Shown here piece after piece: positions 9,625 to 18,887 of a DNA stretch of 36,447 bases. The number at the start of each line of letters is the position of its first letter. Position 1 is the stretch's first letter. This DNA is from a virus. The DNA is taken from the IMG/VR virus record IMGVR_UViG_3300005976_000005, positions 1-36,447 of that record; one strand, given 5' to 3'. Made by a program: the position numbers and the translations under genes. The notes below the pieces were generated by a model. It ran no database searches, was not told where the DNA came from, and worked only from the letters and a program-made list of their open reading frames with translations.

Positions 9625-9882
9625 ACTCAACCCTCCTTTATATGTATTTATATAAATTCTGGGACAAAAGTACATATTTTTTACAAAAAGTTCAAATTTT
9701 CTTTAATTAGTTAAAACACAATTCTGTTTGAGTATCTTGCTACCCATGGCCACATTTGAAGAAGTGATCCAGAAGCGAACAAAAGCCAGAACCAGTTCCA
9801 GCTTTCGTCACTTTTACAGCTAACCCATGACATAAAGAATATCGATGATATCAGTATAGGAATCCAAACAATGTAACTCAAT

Positions 9883-10917
9883 CTATTCGCCTTTCACGTT
9901 ATTCATTGCCTTATTCATAACCATTTTCTTGGTTACTTCCCAAATATCATTGTTTATTTCATCGTTGCCGTTCATGGAGAAGAACCCAAGAGGGATTATT
10001 GCCCTTCCTGCTCCTTGCTTTCCTCCTCCGTGACCGAACACACTTTGAATAAACTTGCTAACGTCAAGAGTAATATCTGAGCTTCTTACTGAGATATCAA
10101 TGTTATCGTCAATGATTGCGAAAACTATTGAGGTTGATATTCCATTCATTCTAAGTAGCTCATCTGCTATGATTGGTAGAGCATCTCTCTTAGATGGATT
10201 TATGATACCAATTCCGGCAATGATAGCAGACTCCTCTATTATCTGATTTTCTTTCAAGAATGCTCTTTGTCTTAGCTCGAAAAGATAACTTGGCAAAGGA
10301 TAGTTCATTATACTTTTGAGTTTTTGCTTATCAACCTTTGTAAGAAGACTTTGATATGCTTCGAAGTCAAGAGAAGATATATTATCAGACATCAAAGAGT
10401 TGGTGTCGGTAAATATACCAGCTACAAGAGCAGTAGCAAGAATTTTACCATCTTCTGTTCCGAAGTCAAAATTTGCCTTCTCAAGGTACTCCCAAATAAT
10501 AGAAGCAGAAGAACCAACGTGACGACTATCAACCTTGGCACCTTTTGGATGCTTTCCTTTGTGATGGTCTATAACAGCTACGACATTGACGCTATCCGGT
10601 TCTATTTGAGTCTGATTAGAACCTTCCCCAACATTGTTGGTATCTACAAGTATAGCATCGATACCACCATCAAATGGTTCCTTCGTGTAGTCAACAAGAT
10701 TGGCATTGAGCAATGTTACCATTGACTTTGTTTGTGGATGTGAAACTTCTCCGGTGTAATAGATGTTACCAGCCTTGAAACCAAGGGTCTTTATAAGCTG
10801 GATAACTCCCATTGCTGATGATATAGCATCAGGATCAGGAAAGTTATGAATTATAACGTGAGTTTCCTTATCACACGAAAGAACTTCTGAGAGGTTTATA
10901 AAACCATTTACCGACAT
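9883..10917 (-). CDS. DHH/DHHA1 phosphoesterase (NrnA-like)
   Basis: HNFPDPDAI, LVDT, IDHH, GIFTDT, SVRS, GGGK..AG motifs. Confidence 0.9.
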   Translation of the reverse strand: MSVNGFINLSEVLSCDKETHVIIHNFPDPDAISSAMGVIQLIKTLGFKAGNIYYTGEVSHPQTKSMVTLLNANLVDYTKEPFDGGIDAILVDTNNVGEGSNQTQIEPDSVNVVAVIDHHKGKHPKGAKVDSRHVGSSASIIWEYLEKANFDFGTEDGKILATALVAGIFTDTNSLMSDNISSLDFEAYQSLLTKVDKQKLKSIMNYPLPSYLFELRQRAFLKENQIIEESAIIAGIGIINPSKRDALPIIADELLRMNGISTSIVFAIIDDNIDISVRSSDITLDVSKFIQSVFGHGGGKQGAGRAIIPLGFFSMNGNDEINNDIWEVTKKMVMNKAMNNVKGE

Positions 10918-11011
10918 AATTACCTCGTTAGCTCAGAATACCAAAATACAATTGTTATTCTAACTATAGTAACTAAAAGAAGAAAAGATTTGAATAAAAT
11001 CTTAAATATTT

Positions 11012-11557
11012 TCATACGTGTGTTTCAATCATCTTTCTTATTTTAGCAACAAGTATCTTTTGTTCTTTGTTGAGAGGTCTTCCACTATCCTCTAATGAGT
11101 CCAATATGAACTTGGTTTTGGGGGCATACTTTCTTACAAATTTTGGACTTGCTGTTGGAAAGTCAGAAACATTATTCAATCTGTCAGAAAGCTTTATTGT
11201 CAATCCATCACTAGACATAACAGCCATCTTTTTTGCTATGTATTCTGACTTCTTTTCACCACTATCTACACTTGGTGGATTTGTAAGTTCATCAACAAGG
11301 CTGGCAATCTTACTTCCAAACAAATCCTTGATCTCACTAAGTGGTGTATCAGTATCTTCCACAACATCGTGAAGCCACGCAGCAGCAATCATTTCCGGAG
11401 TCCCGCCGTGTTCATTGACAATATCAGCAACACTTGCTGGATGGTTGATGTATGGCTCTCCACTGAACTTACGTGTAACACCTTTATGTTTCTCAGTGGC
11501 ATACTCTTTTGCTTTTTCTATAAGGTCTTTTCCGTTTACAAAATCTCCAAAGCCCAT
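11012..11557 (-). CDS. HD-domain (p)ppGpp hydrolase, small alarmone hydrolase / Mesh1-like
   Basis: H..TRK.SGEPYINHP, AAWLHDVVEDT, IKLSDRLNN motifs. Confidence 0.88.
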   Translation of the reverse strand: MGFGDFVNGKDLIEKAKEYATEKHKGVTRKFSGEPYINHPASVADIVNEHGGTPEMIAAAWLHDVVEDTDTPLSEIKDLFGSKIASLVDELTNPPSVDSGEKKSEYIAKKMAVMSSDGLTIKLSDRLNNVSDFPTASPKFVRKYAPKTKFILDSLEDSGRPLNKEQKILVAKIRKMIETHV

Positions 11558-11721
11558 TTTAATAATCTCCTGTTATACATTTCTTTCTCAATTTTGTCCA
11601 GTAACTCGGGACTCGAAGTTGAGATACAATGATCTAAAAATTTATGATGCTTGTTATTTGTTCGATGAACTTATTTGTATGTTGTCATTTTCTATCACCT
11701 CCGAAGAGTATTCCAACAACT

Positions 11722-11940
11722 TTATTTTACGTCGTGCTTCTTCAAATAAGATTTTATTTTTCCAACTTCTTGGTGTGGAAATGAACAAGCACTACCACAA
11801 ACATCGCAAAACGATTGAAGTATATTTGGAATAACCTTATTGTCATATTTCAAAGTTTCATACCTAAAAGTAGTCTCCACAATGTCTTTACATTCAGGAC
11901 ATATTGCTTTTGATTTTTCACCTTCAAAATATACTTTCAT
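11722..11940 (-). CDS. YgiT/MqsA-N-type zinc-ribbon protein
   Basis: CPEC...IPNI...CDVCG pattern, 72 aa from MKVYF. Confidence 0.6.
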   Translation of the reverse strand: MKVYFEGEKSKAICPECKDIVETTFRYETLKYDNKVIPNILQSFCDVCGSACSFPHQEVGKIKSYLKKHDVK

Positions 11941-11944
11941 TTTA

Positions 11945-12403
11945 TCATTTCCACCAATAAGGTTCTCCGTTTCTCCACTGAGCAATAGCTCTCTTCTCTC
12001 CCATATAGTAATCTCTGTAAGCCTTTACAGCATCTTCGTTCTTGTAGATGTTTGGCATAGCTTGAGCAAAAGGAGTAAGTCCAACATCTTTTATCTTTGG
12101 TAAAGGAAGAGACTTTACAACATCAAAGGACTTGTGATTTTTAGAATGTCCAAAACGTCTTTGCCATTCGATGTTAAGCTCAAGAGTTAGTCTGCGAAGC
12201 CAAAGCCAATTGCTCAAACTCTCACGTGACCATTTTGAACAAGGGTGGTTTTGATGTGTGGCTTTGTAGCCAGCATCAACTCCACTCATTCTACAAGCAG
12301 TAGAAATCATCTGAGCGCTCTCCAAAATCATTTTTACAACGTGACGGTCGTTATGGAACGAAGCACACAGCGCAACGTCATAGTCAAGCACAAAGATATT
12401 CAT
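11945..12403 (-). CDS. pyrimidine-dimer DNA glycosylase (DenV-like family)
   Basis: MNIFVLD...DRHVVKMILESAQM...HQNHPC...FAQAMP...AYRDYY signature. Confidence 0.8.
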   Translation of the reverse strand: MNIFVLDYDVALCASFHNDRHVVKMILESAQMISTACRMSGVDAGYKATHQNHPCSKWSRESLSNWLWLRRLTLELNIEWQRRFGHSKNHKSFDVVKSLPLPKIKDVGLTPFAQAMPNIYKNEDAVKAYRDYYMGEKRAIAQWRNGEPYWWK

Positions 12404-12501
12404 AAAGCTCTTTCTGTTGGAATGATATATAAAATATAACATATTCCATCCAGAAAGTCAATAGCTAAATAAATATTTATCTTATAATAGGCAAAAATAT
12501 T

Positions 12502-13176
12502 TTATAATTCTTTATGTATCAAATCTTCGTCGAACTTATTGAAGAACTTTTTGAATGTATTTGGCACTTTAATATTGGTAAACTTCGACCAACCAAAAGT
12601 CTCTATAACATCCTCTCTTTTGCTGGTAGCTAAGTAAGCCACAATCTCATCTTCAAAAACAAAATTGCTATAACCGTATCCATCATCAAGTCTATAAATA
12701 GCACTATCATAGAGTTCACCATCAAGTTTGTCAAGAAGCTTCCTCATTCCTTTTCTGTATGAATCGTATAGAAAGAAGTAGGCATGAGAAAGTTCGTGCC
12801 TCAGAGCTTCGTATTCTCCTCTCACAGTACCAATCAAATAGAAAGGTTCTGTTGATGTAAGATCACATTTTTCACGAACTAAATCAAAGAGTATTCTTTC
12901 CTTCATGGTGAAGTCATATTGGAATACTTTGAAAAAGTATCTCAATGAAGTCGAAGGAATATTAAATCCACTCCAATCAGTAAAGTAGCTAAACTCTCCG
13001 TTGAATCTGGCACAAGTATCCATGTACTCTTCTACTGAAAAATGTTTTCCTTGAATGTTGCGAAAAGGAGATTCATAAAACTCCTGAGGTCTCATAAACA
13101 TTGAAGTCAAGTAATACTGACTACTGGCTTCAATAATGAATACATTTTCTCTGATTTCTCTAATATTCCAATCCAT
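12502..13176 (-). CDS. hypothetical protein with HExxH motif
   Basis: LRHELSHA; possible zincin. Confidence 0.6.
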   Translation of the reverse strand: MDWNIREIRENVFIIEASSQYYLTSMFMRPQEFYESPFRNIQGKHFSVEEYMDTCARFNGEFSYFTDWSGFNIPSTSLRYFFKVFQYDFTMKERILFDLVREKCDLTSTEPFYLIGTVRGEYEALRHELSHAYFFLYDSYRKGMRKLLDKLDGELYDSAIYRLDDGYGYSNFVFEDEIVAYLATSKREDVIETFGWSKFTNIKVPNTFKKFFNKFDEDLIHKEL

Positions 13177-13182
13177 TTATGA

Positions 13183-13611
13183 TTACTCCTTGCTGAGAAC
13201 TTCCTTGACCTTGGAAGATGCCTTACCCATGTCAATGTTGACACCATACTTGGCCTTGATTGCTCCCATTACCTTTCCCATTTCCTTGATCGAAGTTGCT
13301 CCAACTTCCTTGACGATTTCCGAAATAAGCTCGTCAGTAACTTCGGACTGTTGTGGGAGATAATATTCCCAGATTTTGATTTCACCTTCAATCTTTTCAG
13401 CATCACTTGGATTGTAAGAAAGAGAGTCCTGGTTCTGCTTCACAAGCTTCTTTATTATAGAGATAGTAACTTCGTCAGTTACTTCCTTTCTTGTGTCAAT
13501 TGAAGCCTGCTGAATCTTTGACTTTAGGTAACGAAGAGCGTCCCTGACTGAATTGTTACCTCCAATCATAGCCTTCTTGATGTCACTGTTAATCTTGTCG
13601 TAAATCATCAT
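13183..13611 (-). CDS. GatB/YqeY domain protein
   Basis: DIKKAM...YLPQQ...GATSIKEMGKVMG...DMGKAS pattern. Confidence 0.88.
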   Translation of the reverse strand: MMIYDKINSDIKKAMIGGNNSVRDALRYLKSKIQQASIDTRKEVTDEVTISIIKKLVKQNQDSLSYNPSDAEKIEGEIKIWEYYLPQQSEVTDELISEIVKEVGATSIKEMGKVMGAIKAKYGVNIDMGKASSKVKEVLSKE

Positions 13612-13620
13612 TTTCTCCTT

Positions 13621-13845
13621 TCAATTTTTACCGCAACACATTTTATACTTCTTCCCAGACCCACACGGACATGGAGAATTTCTTCCAACTTTGGAACTAA
13701 CTACCATTCTCTGCTTTAGAATTATATCAAAATTGTCAATGGCTTTTACAGTGGGATGTTTACCGTTGGCAATCTTCATAAACTCTTCAGCCAAAAATGG
13801 GTCAACCTCTTCAAGAGGTTTTGGTTTTTCAATCCATCCAAACAT
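13621..13845 (-). CDS. SEC-C motif protein
   Basis: C-terminal [21 protein letters not shown]; start uncertain. Confidence 0.75.
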   Translation of the reverse strand: MFGWIEKPKPLEEVDPFLAEEFMKIANGKHPTVKAIDNFDIILKQRMVVSSKVGRNSPCPCGSGKKYKMCCGKN

Positions 13846-14032
13846 CGTCGCCCTCAAATGAAGGTGGTCTTGGATCAAAGTATGGAGCACCATTAGTTAC
13901 GTTTACAGTTGCTCCGCATTCATTACATTCATACTGGTCACCTGCGTACACATGGTGACCGTTTTTGAATCGAACGTATGAACCGTTTTTGAAACACTTC
14001 ATCTCTTTTTTACAGTTAGCACAGACAATCAT
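13829..14032 (-). CDS. small Zn-ribbon protein
   Basis: CANC...CNEC. Confidence 0.65.
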   Translation of the reverse strand: MIVCANCKKEMKCFKNGSYVRFKNGHHVYAGDQYECNECGATVNVTNGAPYFDPRPPSFEGDDVWMD

Positions 14033-14292
14033 TTTACAATCATTCTGGAAATGATTTCGTAGAAAGCCTTCAATCTTCCTGAAGTATCATTAGGAAGGTC
14101 TCCAACGTCATCCATCCTCATATAGATTTCTTCAACTTCATCGAAGCTCGGCATTTTGGCTTTGTTACCAACCATATACATTGTCTTCAATTCTGACAGA
14201 ATAGCAGTCTTTGTGAAAGGACCGATATCCTCTTTGAAGTCCTTAGCAAAGTTTTCAATTCTTTTTTCGGATGCCCTAATGTAATATTCCAT
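14029..14292 (-). CDS. hypothetical protein
   Basis: ORF with GGAGA RBS and ATGA overlap. Confidence 0.65.
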   Translation of the reverse strand: MEYYIRASEKRIENFAKDFKEDIGPFTKTAILSELKTMYMVGNKAKMPSFDEVEEIYMRMDDVGDLPNDTSGRLKAFYEIISRMIVK

Positions 14293-14337
14293 TAGTCTTC
14301 TCCAATTCTAACTTCTAATTTAATTTTCATAGGGATT

Positions 14338-14529
14338 TCATAACCTTCTGTTTTCATCATCATTTGTATTGGGTGTGTCTAATCTTTCAACTCTCACCGT
14401 ATACTTTTCACCGCCTTTATAAGATTCATATTCTTTTATTAAAAGAATTTTTCCATCTTCAGATATCATAACAGCAGGATAAACATCGTGTGACCCCAAA
14501 ACATATTCAAATTTCATCAATTCCTCCAA
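14338..14529 (-). CDS. hypothetical protein
   Basis: ORF in operon; likely start at the internal M. Confidence 0.55.
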   Translation of the reverse strand: MEELMKFEYVLGSHDVYPAVMISEDGKILLIKEYESYKGGEKYTVRVERLDTPNTNDDENRRL

Positions 14530-14533
14530 TACA

Positions 14534-15004
14534 TTATTCCCAGCTCTTCACAACTTCTTCTTCAGGTGGTGGCATCCAGTTCGGATCGTAATTATCGTCA
14601 ATGATATACATTGGTGGATTTGTAATCGGCAATCCCCACTGATTAGGTGCCCAAGTAACAGCAATCTTCTTTTTGTCCTTCATCAACTCTTCTTTGACTT
14701 CATCTGACTTATCGTTGATAACTATTGGACCTTTGCCACTTTTTACTTTAGCAATCTTCTGGCTAATTTTGTTTTTGATTTGTGTTTCTGATACACTAAC
14801 TTTCCTGGGTTTAGCTTCTCTTGTCTTTACAGAAGCTCCACCAATATGTCTTTTCAGAACTGTGTGAACTGACTGGGGAGCTATTCCTAGCTCTTCAGCA
14901 ATTCTCTTCTTGTCATCTGAGTTTAGTGAAATTTGACCAAGGTCATAAAGCTCACGAATAACATCAGACGATTTACTATATTCCTTACCCTGGTAAACTA
15001 TCAC
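14534..15004 (-). CDS. HTH-domain protein
   Basis: KKRIAEELGIAPQSVHTVL HTH, paralogous to the N-terminus of the SprT protein. Confidence 0.7.
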   Translation of the reverse strand: MIVYQGKEYSKSSDVIRELYDLGQISLNSDDKKRIAEELGIAPQSVHTVLKRHIGGASVKTREAKPRKVSVSETQIKNKISQKIAKVKSGKGPIVINDKSDEVKEELMKDKKKIAVTWAPNQWGLPITNPPMYIIDDNYDPNWMPPPEEEVVKSWE

Positions 15005-15016
15005 GACAAAATCTCC

Positions 15017-15228
15017 TTAGCTCTTTGTGTTTATATTGCTCTTGAAAAGTAGACCACTGAGAATATTAATTCCAAGAGCCTGCCAGAATGTAATCTTTGT
15101 CAAACCAAAGATAGATGGCATCAACCAGTTCCACAACCACAGTGTTGGGAACGCGAAAACCAAAGCAACCAATGTGATGAGAACCAAAGCTACAACTCCA
15201 ATGCCCAAATAAGTAACAAACTTTTCCA
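15017..15228 (-). CDS. small membrane protein
   Basis: MEKFVTY...WLWNWLMPSIFGLTKITFWQALG, hydrophobic. Confidence 0.7.
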
Positions 15229-15254
15229 TTTCAGACCTTCTTAGTTTATTGAGT

Positions 15255-15431
15255 CTATTTTTCGTTAAAACAATCTGGTTTACTTGAAAACACACAGATG
15301 GGGGCATCTTCGCTGCCCCACCATTTAACGGCATCTTTTTTAACCTGATCGGTTAAAGCCATATGGCAATCTTTGCTCTTTGAGCATTTTTCGTGAAAAG
15401 GACAAAATGTCACATCTCTATAGCATATCAT
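15255..15431 (-). CDS. Cys-rich small protein, 58 aa
   Basis: Hand-translated MICYRDVTFCPFHEKCSKSKDCHMALT...PDCF. Confidence 0.6.
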   Translation of the reverse strand: MICYRDVTFCPFHEKCSKSKDCHMALTDQVKKDAVKWWGSEDAPICVFSSKPDCFNEK

Positions 15432-15578
15432 TTGACATCTCTCTTTCTATAAGGTTCAAGATATTATTCCTCCAAGTCTAAGAGTTATTACTAACAACCA
15501 TTACTAGTTTCAGTTCCACCAAAATTCATACTCATTTTATCTCCTCTGTCAACAAAAAAATATCCAATTTCTAAAAAA

Positions 15579-15669
15579 GAGTGGTGGAGCAGGACTTACA
15601 TCTGAACAGCGTTCCAAGTCTTATTCAGTTGGCCTACATACCAGAGGGTTAATGGTTGCTCCACCACTC
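15579..15669. other. 13-bp perfect inverted repeat enclosing 65 nt (candidate structured RNA or terminator)
   Basis: GAGTGGTGGAGCA (15579-15591) / TGCTCCACCACTC (15657-15669), followed by a T-run on the minus strand. Confidence 0.55.
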
Positions 15670-15688
15670 AATAAGTTTTTTGAAAAAA

Positions 15689-16294
15689 TTAAAGACCTAA
15701 AGCTTTCTTCTCTTCTTCGGTCAACTTCGCGAGAGCTGATTTTCGAACTTTTTCTTTTCGAGAATCCTCATAATCAAATACACTTTCACTTACGTTGACT
15801 TCAATTTCATGGATACCAGTTCCGCTTTTGCTTCCCATTACACCAGTAGCATATTCTCTGAGTACATGTTCAGCTACTTCTCTATACATGAAGTGCCCGA
15901 GAATTCGATTTCCTCCACGTCCTTCAATTGTGTCCATTGGCTCATAAACCGAGTAGATCGTGATTTTCGAGCTTGTCGATGAGGACTCTTCATCTTTGTC
16001 TTCAAGACAGTTATTGTTGAATGGATCGGAATCTCGACTGTCAACCTTGGATGATACGTAAACACCCTTGATATGTGTGTGGTAATATCTTCCTACTGAA
16101 TCCGATTTTACGAGGAAACGAAACTCTTTGTAAGGAACTTTCATGTAGTCGTACACTGTTCCGTTGTGAAACACGATTCTAACGATTCCAAGGTGATATT
16201 CATTATAAATTTCATTTAGGCTGAAAAATCCGACTTCATCGATACATGAGCTATCAACATTAGCAAACACGTAATATCCTTTTCTGTTTCCCAT
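15689..16294 (-). CDS. KTSC-domain protein fused to a second domain
   Basis: VDSSCIDEVGF...FHNGTVYDYMKVP...SDSVGRYYHTHIKG KTSC pattern. Confidence 0.75.
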   Translation of the reverse strand: MGNRKGYYVFANVDSSCIDEVGFFSLNEIYNEYHLGIVRIVFHNGTVYDYMKVPYKEFRFLVKSDSVGRYYHTHIKGVYVSSKVDSRDSDPFNNNCLEDKDEESSSTSSKITIYSVYEPMDTIEGRGGNRILGHFMYREVAEHVLREYATGVMGSKSGTGIHEIEVNVSESVFDYEDSRKEKVRKSALAKLTEEEKKALGL

Positions 16295-16296
16295 GA

Positions 16297-16521
16297 TTAC
16301 ACCTTTCTGATGAATTCGTCGATGCTGTCACAAGTTCCGAGGAATATTTTGAGGTCAGTAACATCGTCCTTATTGATAGTAGTATCTCTTTCAGGACGTT
16401 TTTCTTTCTTTACATCATTTTCATCCGTATTATCATTATCCAGCTTAGCACTTTTCTTGAAGAGGTCCATAGCTTCTTCAAATTGATGTTTGCTCCATTC
16501 ATTCAAGTCATTAGGCAACAT
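16297..16521 (-). CDS. hypothetical protein
   Basis: ORF with RBS. Confidence 0.6.
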   Translation of the reverse strand: MLPNDLNEWSKHQFEEAMDLFKKSAKLDNDNTDENDVKKEKRPERDTTINKDDVTDLKIFLGTCDSIDEFIRKV

Positions 16522-16533
16522 ATCAAATTCCTT

Positions 16534-16848
16534 TCAAAGCTCGTATATGATTTCGTCGAAGTCCACAAAATGCTTTTTGTCGTTTTCTACATCGTATTCC
16601 ACAAAAGGGCTGTACATATCTTCGATTTTTCCGTCCCAACGGATTTCATCATTGGCCCATACTTCAATGTAACTTACATCATAAGCTTCTTCTACAAGCT
16701 GGCCTTCTTTATCATACATCATTATCTGGACGCGAATGTCTTTCTCACTAACCAAAACTGAGGGATATTCGCCCTGAACAAATCCTTCATCCTTCACATT
16801 CTGAAAAAATTCTTTCTTATTCACATCATATCCTTTCTCACGACACAT
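16534..16848 (-). CDS. hypothetical acidic protein
   Basis: ORF directly after promoter 16851-16879; start uncertain. Confidence 0.55.
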   Translation of the reverse strand: MCREKGYDVNKKEFFQNVKDEGFVQGEYPSVLVSEKDIRVQIMMYDKEGQLVEEAYDVSYIEVWANDEIRWDGKIEDMYSPFVEYDVENDKKHFVDFDEIIYEL

Positions 16849-16926
16849 ATAGTATAATCAATTACGGATGTATTGTCAATAGTTTTTTTGAAGTAATTGT
16901 GTTCCCGCATTTTACGATTCCCACGT

Positions 16927-17826
16927 TTACCTCAAAGGCAGTTTTTTATATGTGTCACCTCTGTAGATTTTCTTAGCTGACTTAACGTTCCTTTGGCCTT
17001 TATTATCAACAGATATGACGTAGTTAGGATCAAACCAGTCATCAGGTATACTTCCAACCACTCTCTGGTCAAACCAACAAGCAATTACATCTCCACCCTT
17101 AGGCCAAATATTTTTTTCGTCGAATCCCCTTATAAAGAGATTTTTATATCCTTTTCTACATGAGCAAGGATTTCCGTGCTTAAATTCAGGATGAACCAGT
17201 AAAATATCTATTGGAGTATATTTTTTGTACTCTTCTGAGCTTATCCCTCTATCTTCTCCCTTAAAATCCTGTATCTTAAGCTCAACGCCCTGTGACTTCC
17301 AGAACCTTTTGTATTGAAGTATGTCCTCTCTCATATCCTTTATGAGAAGTTCTTTCACATAGACCTTTATACCAGCATCCCTTAGTGCTATGACATTCTT
17401 CTCGAACATACTCTTCAGAGCATTACTTTCCGTTAGAATCTTCCTATGGAATGTTAATCCTATCTGATGAATCTTGCCTTTGTAGCTAACAATTCTATCG
17501 ATGACTGAATCATCGAACGTTCCATTGGTAAGTAAGTCTATTCTCTCCTTATCGACGTATTCGATAATATCGAATACATCCTCAATATTCTGCTTACAGA
17601 ATGGCTCACCACCATATAGATGCATGATTATCTCAGTAGCATCATTCAGGTGTTTGTCTCTCCATATTCTGTATTCTTCAAGAGAGAAAGTTCTTTTGTC
17701 ATGCCATAAGTTCTCTCCAACTCCATTATCAATGTAATTGTAGAAGTCATGGTTGAAGCAGTAAGTACACCTTAGGTTACAGTGATATGAAATTGGAAAT
17801 CCAAGGAAATACTTCATTCTTACCAA
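16927..17826 (-). CDS. radical SAM protein
   Basis: CNLRCTYC, GGEP, TNG motifs; C-terminal Cys cluster. Confidence 0.88.
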   Translation of the reverse strand: MVRMKYFLGFPISYHCNLRCTYCFNHDFYNYIDNGVGENLWHDKRTFSLEEYRIWRDKHLNDATEIIMHLYGGEPFCKQNIEDVFDIIEYVDKERIDLLTNGTFDDSVIDRIVSYKGKIHQIGLTFHRKILTESNALKSMFEKNVIALRDAGIKVYVKELLIKDMREDILQYKRFWKSQGVELKIQDFKGEDRGISSEEYKKYTPIDILLVHPEFKHGNPCSCRKGYKNLFIRGFDEKNIWPKGGDVIACWFDQRVVGSIPDDWFDPNYVISVDNKGQRNVKSAKKIYRGDTYKKLPLR

Positions 17827-18200
17827 ACATCCTCTTCATTTTCATCATCAGGACCGAACTTTCTTTTGAACATATCCCTAAGCTCTGGAGGAACCTTGTC
17901 GATTACATCATTGTATAGAGCCTCTGTTACAGCCTTCTGAGCACTATCTTCGAGACTTTTAATGATCTTGACTCCCTCATCAAGACCGGCGGACTTGATG
18001 ATTACTGCCTGGTTTGCGTGGTTCAGCAAACAAACAGCCTTGTAGTTAGCAACTGACAGAGACTGTGCGTCGACTTCATCTTTTTTCATGAAGTCTGCGA
18101 AGCACTCAGTTTCATTGATTATTGACTGACGGATATAATCAACCATTTGCTCAAGCATATCCTCCAATTCACTCGACCAGATTTTTTTTCGATTCATCAA
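17820..18200 (-). CDS. hypothetical protein
   Basis: 126-aa ORF with AGGAG RBS. Confidence 0.65.
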   Translation of the reverse strand: MMNRKKIWSSELEDMLEQMVDYIRQSIINETECFADFMKKDEVDAQSLSVANYKAVCLLNHANQAVIIKSAGLDEGVKIIKSLEDSAQKAVTEALYNDVIDKVPPELRDMFKRKFGPDDENEEDVW

Positions 18201-18504
18201 AAAACTCCTTATATTTATTGGATTACTTGAAGGTCAAAAAAATTTAGAACATATTTATATTCTTTGGATCAACCTTGATTCCCGCTTTGAACATTTCAAT
18301 ACTGTTCAAAAGATGTGCTTCAAATCCATCAGGAAATGTTTTTGGGTCTATATGGTATTACATCAACCTTTCTACTACCTGAGTGAATAACCATAAGTGA
18401 AATTATCATCAATCCAATAAGAAATGCTATTGTCATATCATTCATCCTCACAATCAACAATTTTCATGTAACTTCCACTATTAAGTCCAAACATATTCTT
18501 TCCC

Positions 18505-18756
18505 TTAACAAGAACAAATTTCGCATCTCCGCTCTTTATCTTCAGGTAATCCTCCATTGTACTCAACAATAGCAGCAGTCGATGTAAAGTGTAATTCTGG
18601 ATCAATATTTGTCTTCTGAGTACTGACATCAATAATCATAAACATCGGAACAAAAATTCCAAACATGACCAGAGCAGGCAAAACAAGTTCGATGTAATCA
18701 TATGTAAAAATAAGGTAGGCAAAGGCAATAACAGCCATAACAAAAGCAATAAACAA
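18505..18756 (-). CDS. membrane protein (possibly frameshifted)
   Basis: Two hydrophobic segments. Confidence 0.45.
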   Translation of the reverse strand: MFIAFVMAVIAFAYLIFTYDYIELVLPALVMFGIFVPMFMIIDVSTQKTNIDPELHFTSTAAIVEYNGGLPEDKERRCEICSC

Positions 18757-18887
18757 TATCTACAGAAAAGCAAGCATAATACATTCTCTCCTTTACAGGG
18801 AATTTGATTTTGAATATTCCATCTCAATCATCACAACAATAATATAAACAATTCACATAAAAATGTCAATAGTTTTTTTTATATCAA

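Larger units (their letters stand above)
7716..9718 (-). mobile_element. IS607-family element (tnpA serine recombinase + tnpB)
   Basis: Gene pair; AAACA core at both junctions (7716-7720, 9714-9718); very AT-rich; interrupts a gene. Confidence 0.9.
7575..9881 (-). pseudogene. ~102-aa SMR/DMT-like membrane protein gene split by IS607
   Basis: N-half 9881-9714 (MSYIVWIPIL...YSNRIVF) joins in frame to C-half 7715-7575 (DAILYDSL...QWIGTALVVSGLFLIQKF) when the IS is removed. Confidence 0.8.

Noticed and set aside
7716-9718. IStron (group I intron-IS607 fusion) that would splice out of the membrane gene
   Set aside because: Only ~90 nt of AT-rich sequence separates the left end from tnpA, too little for a ribozyme core
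18636-18827. MRWNIQ ORF as an outlying MIxWK-family member
   Set aside because: TTG start, no MDxLxxK core, and it overlaps a more plausible membrane ORF
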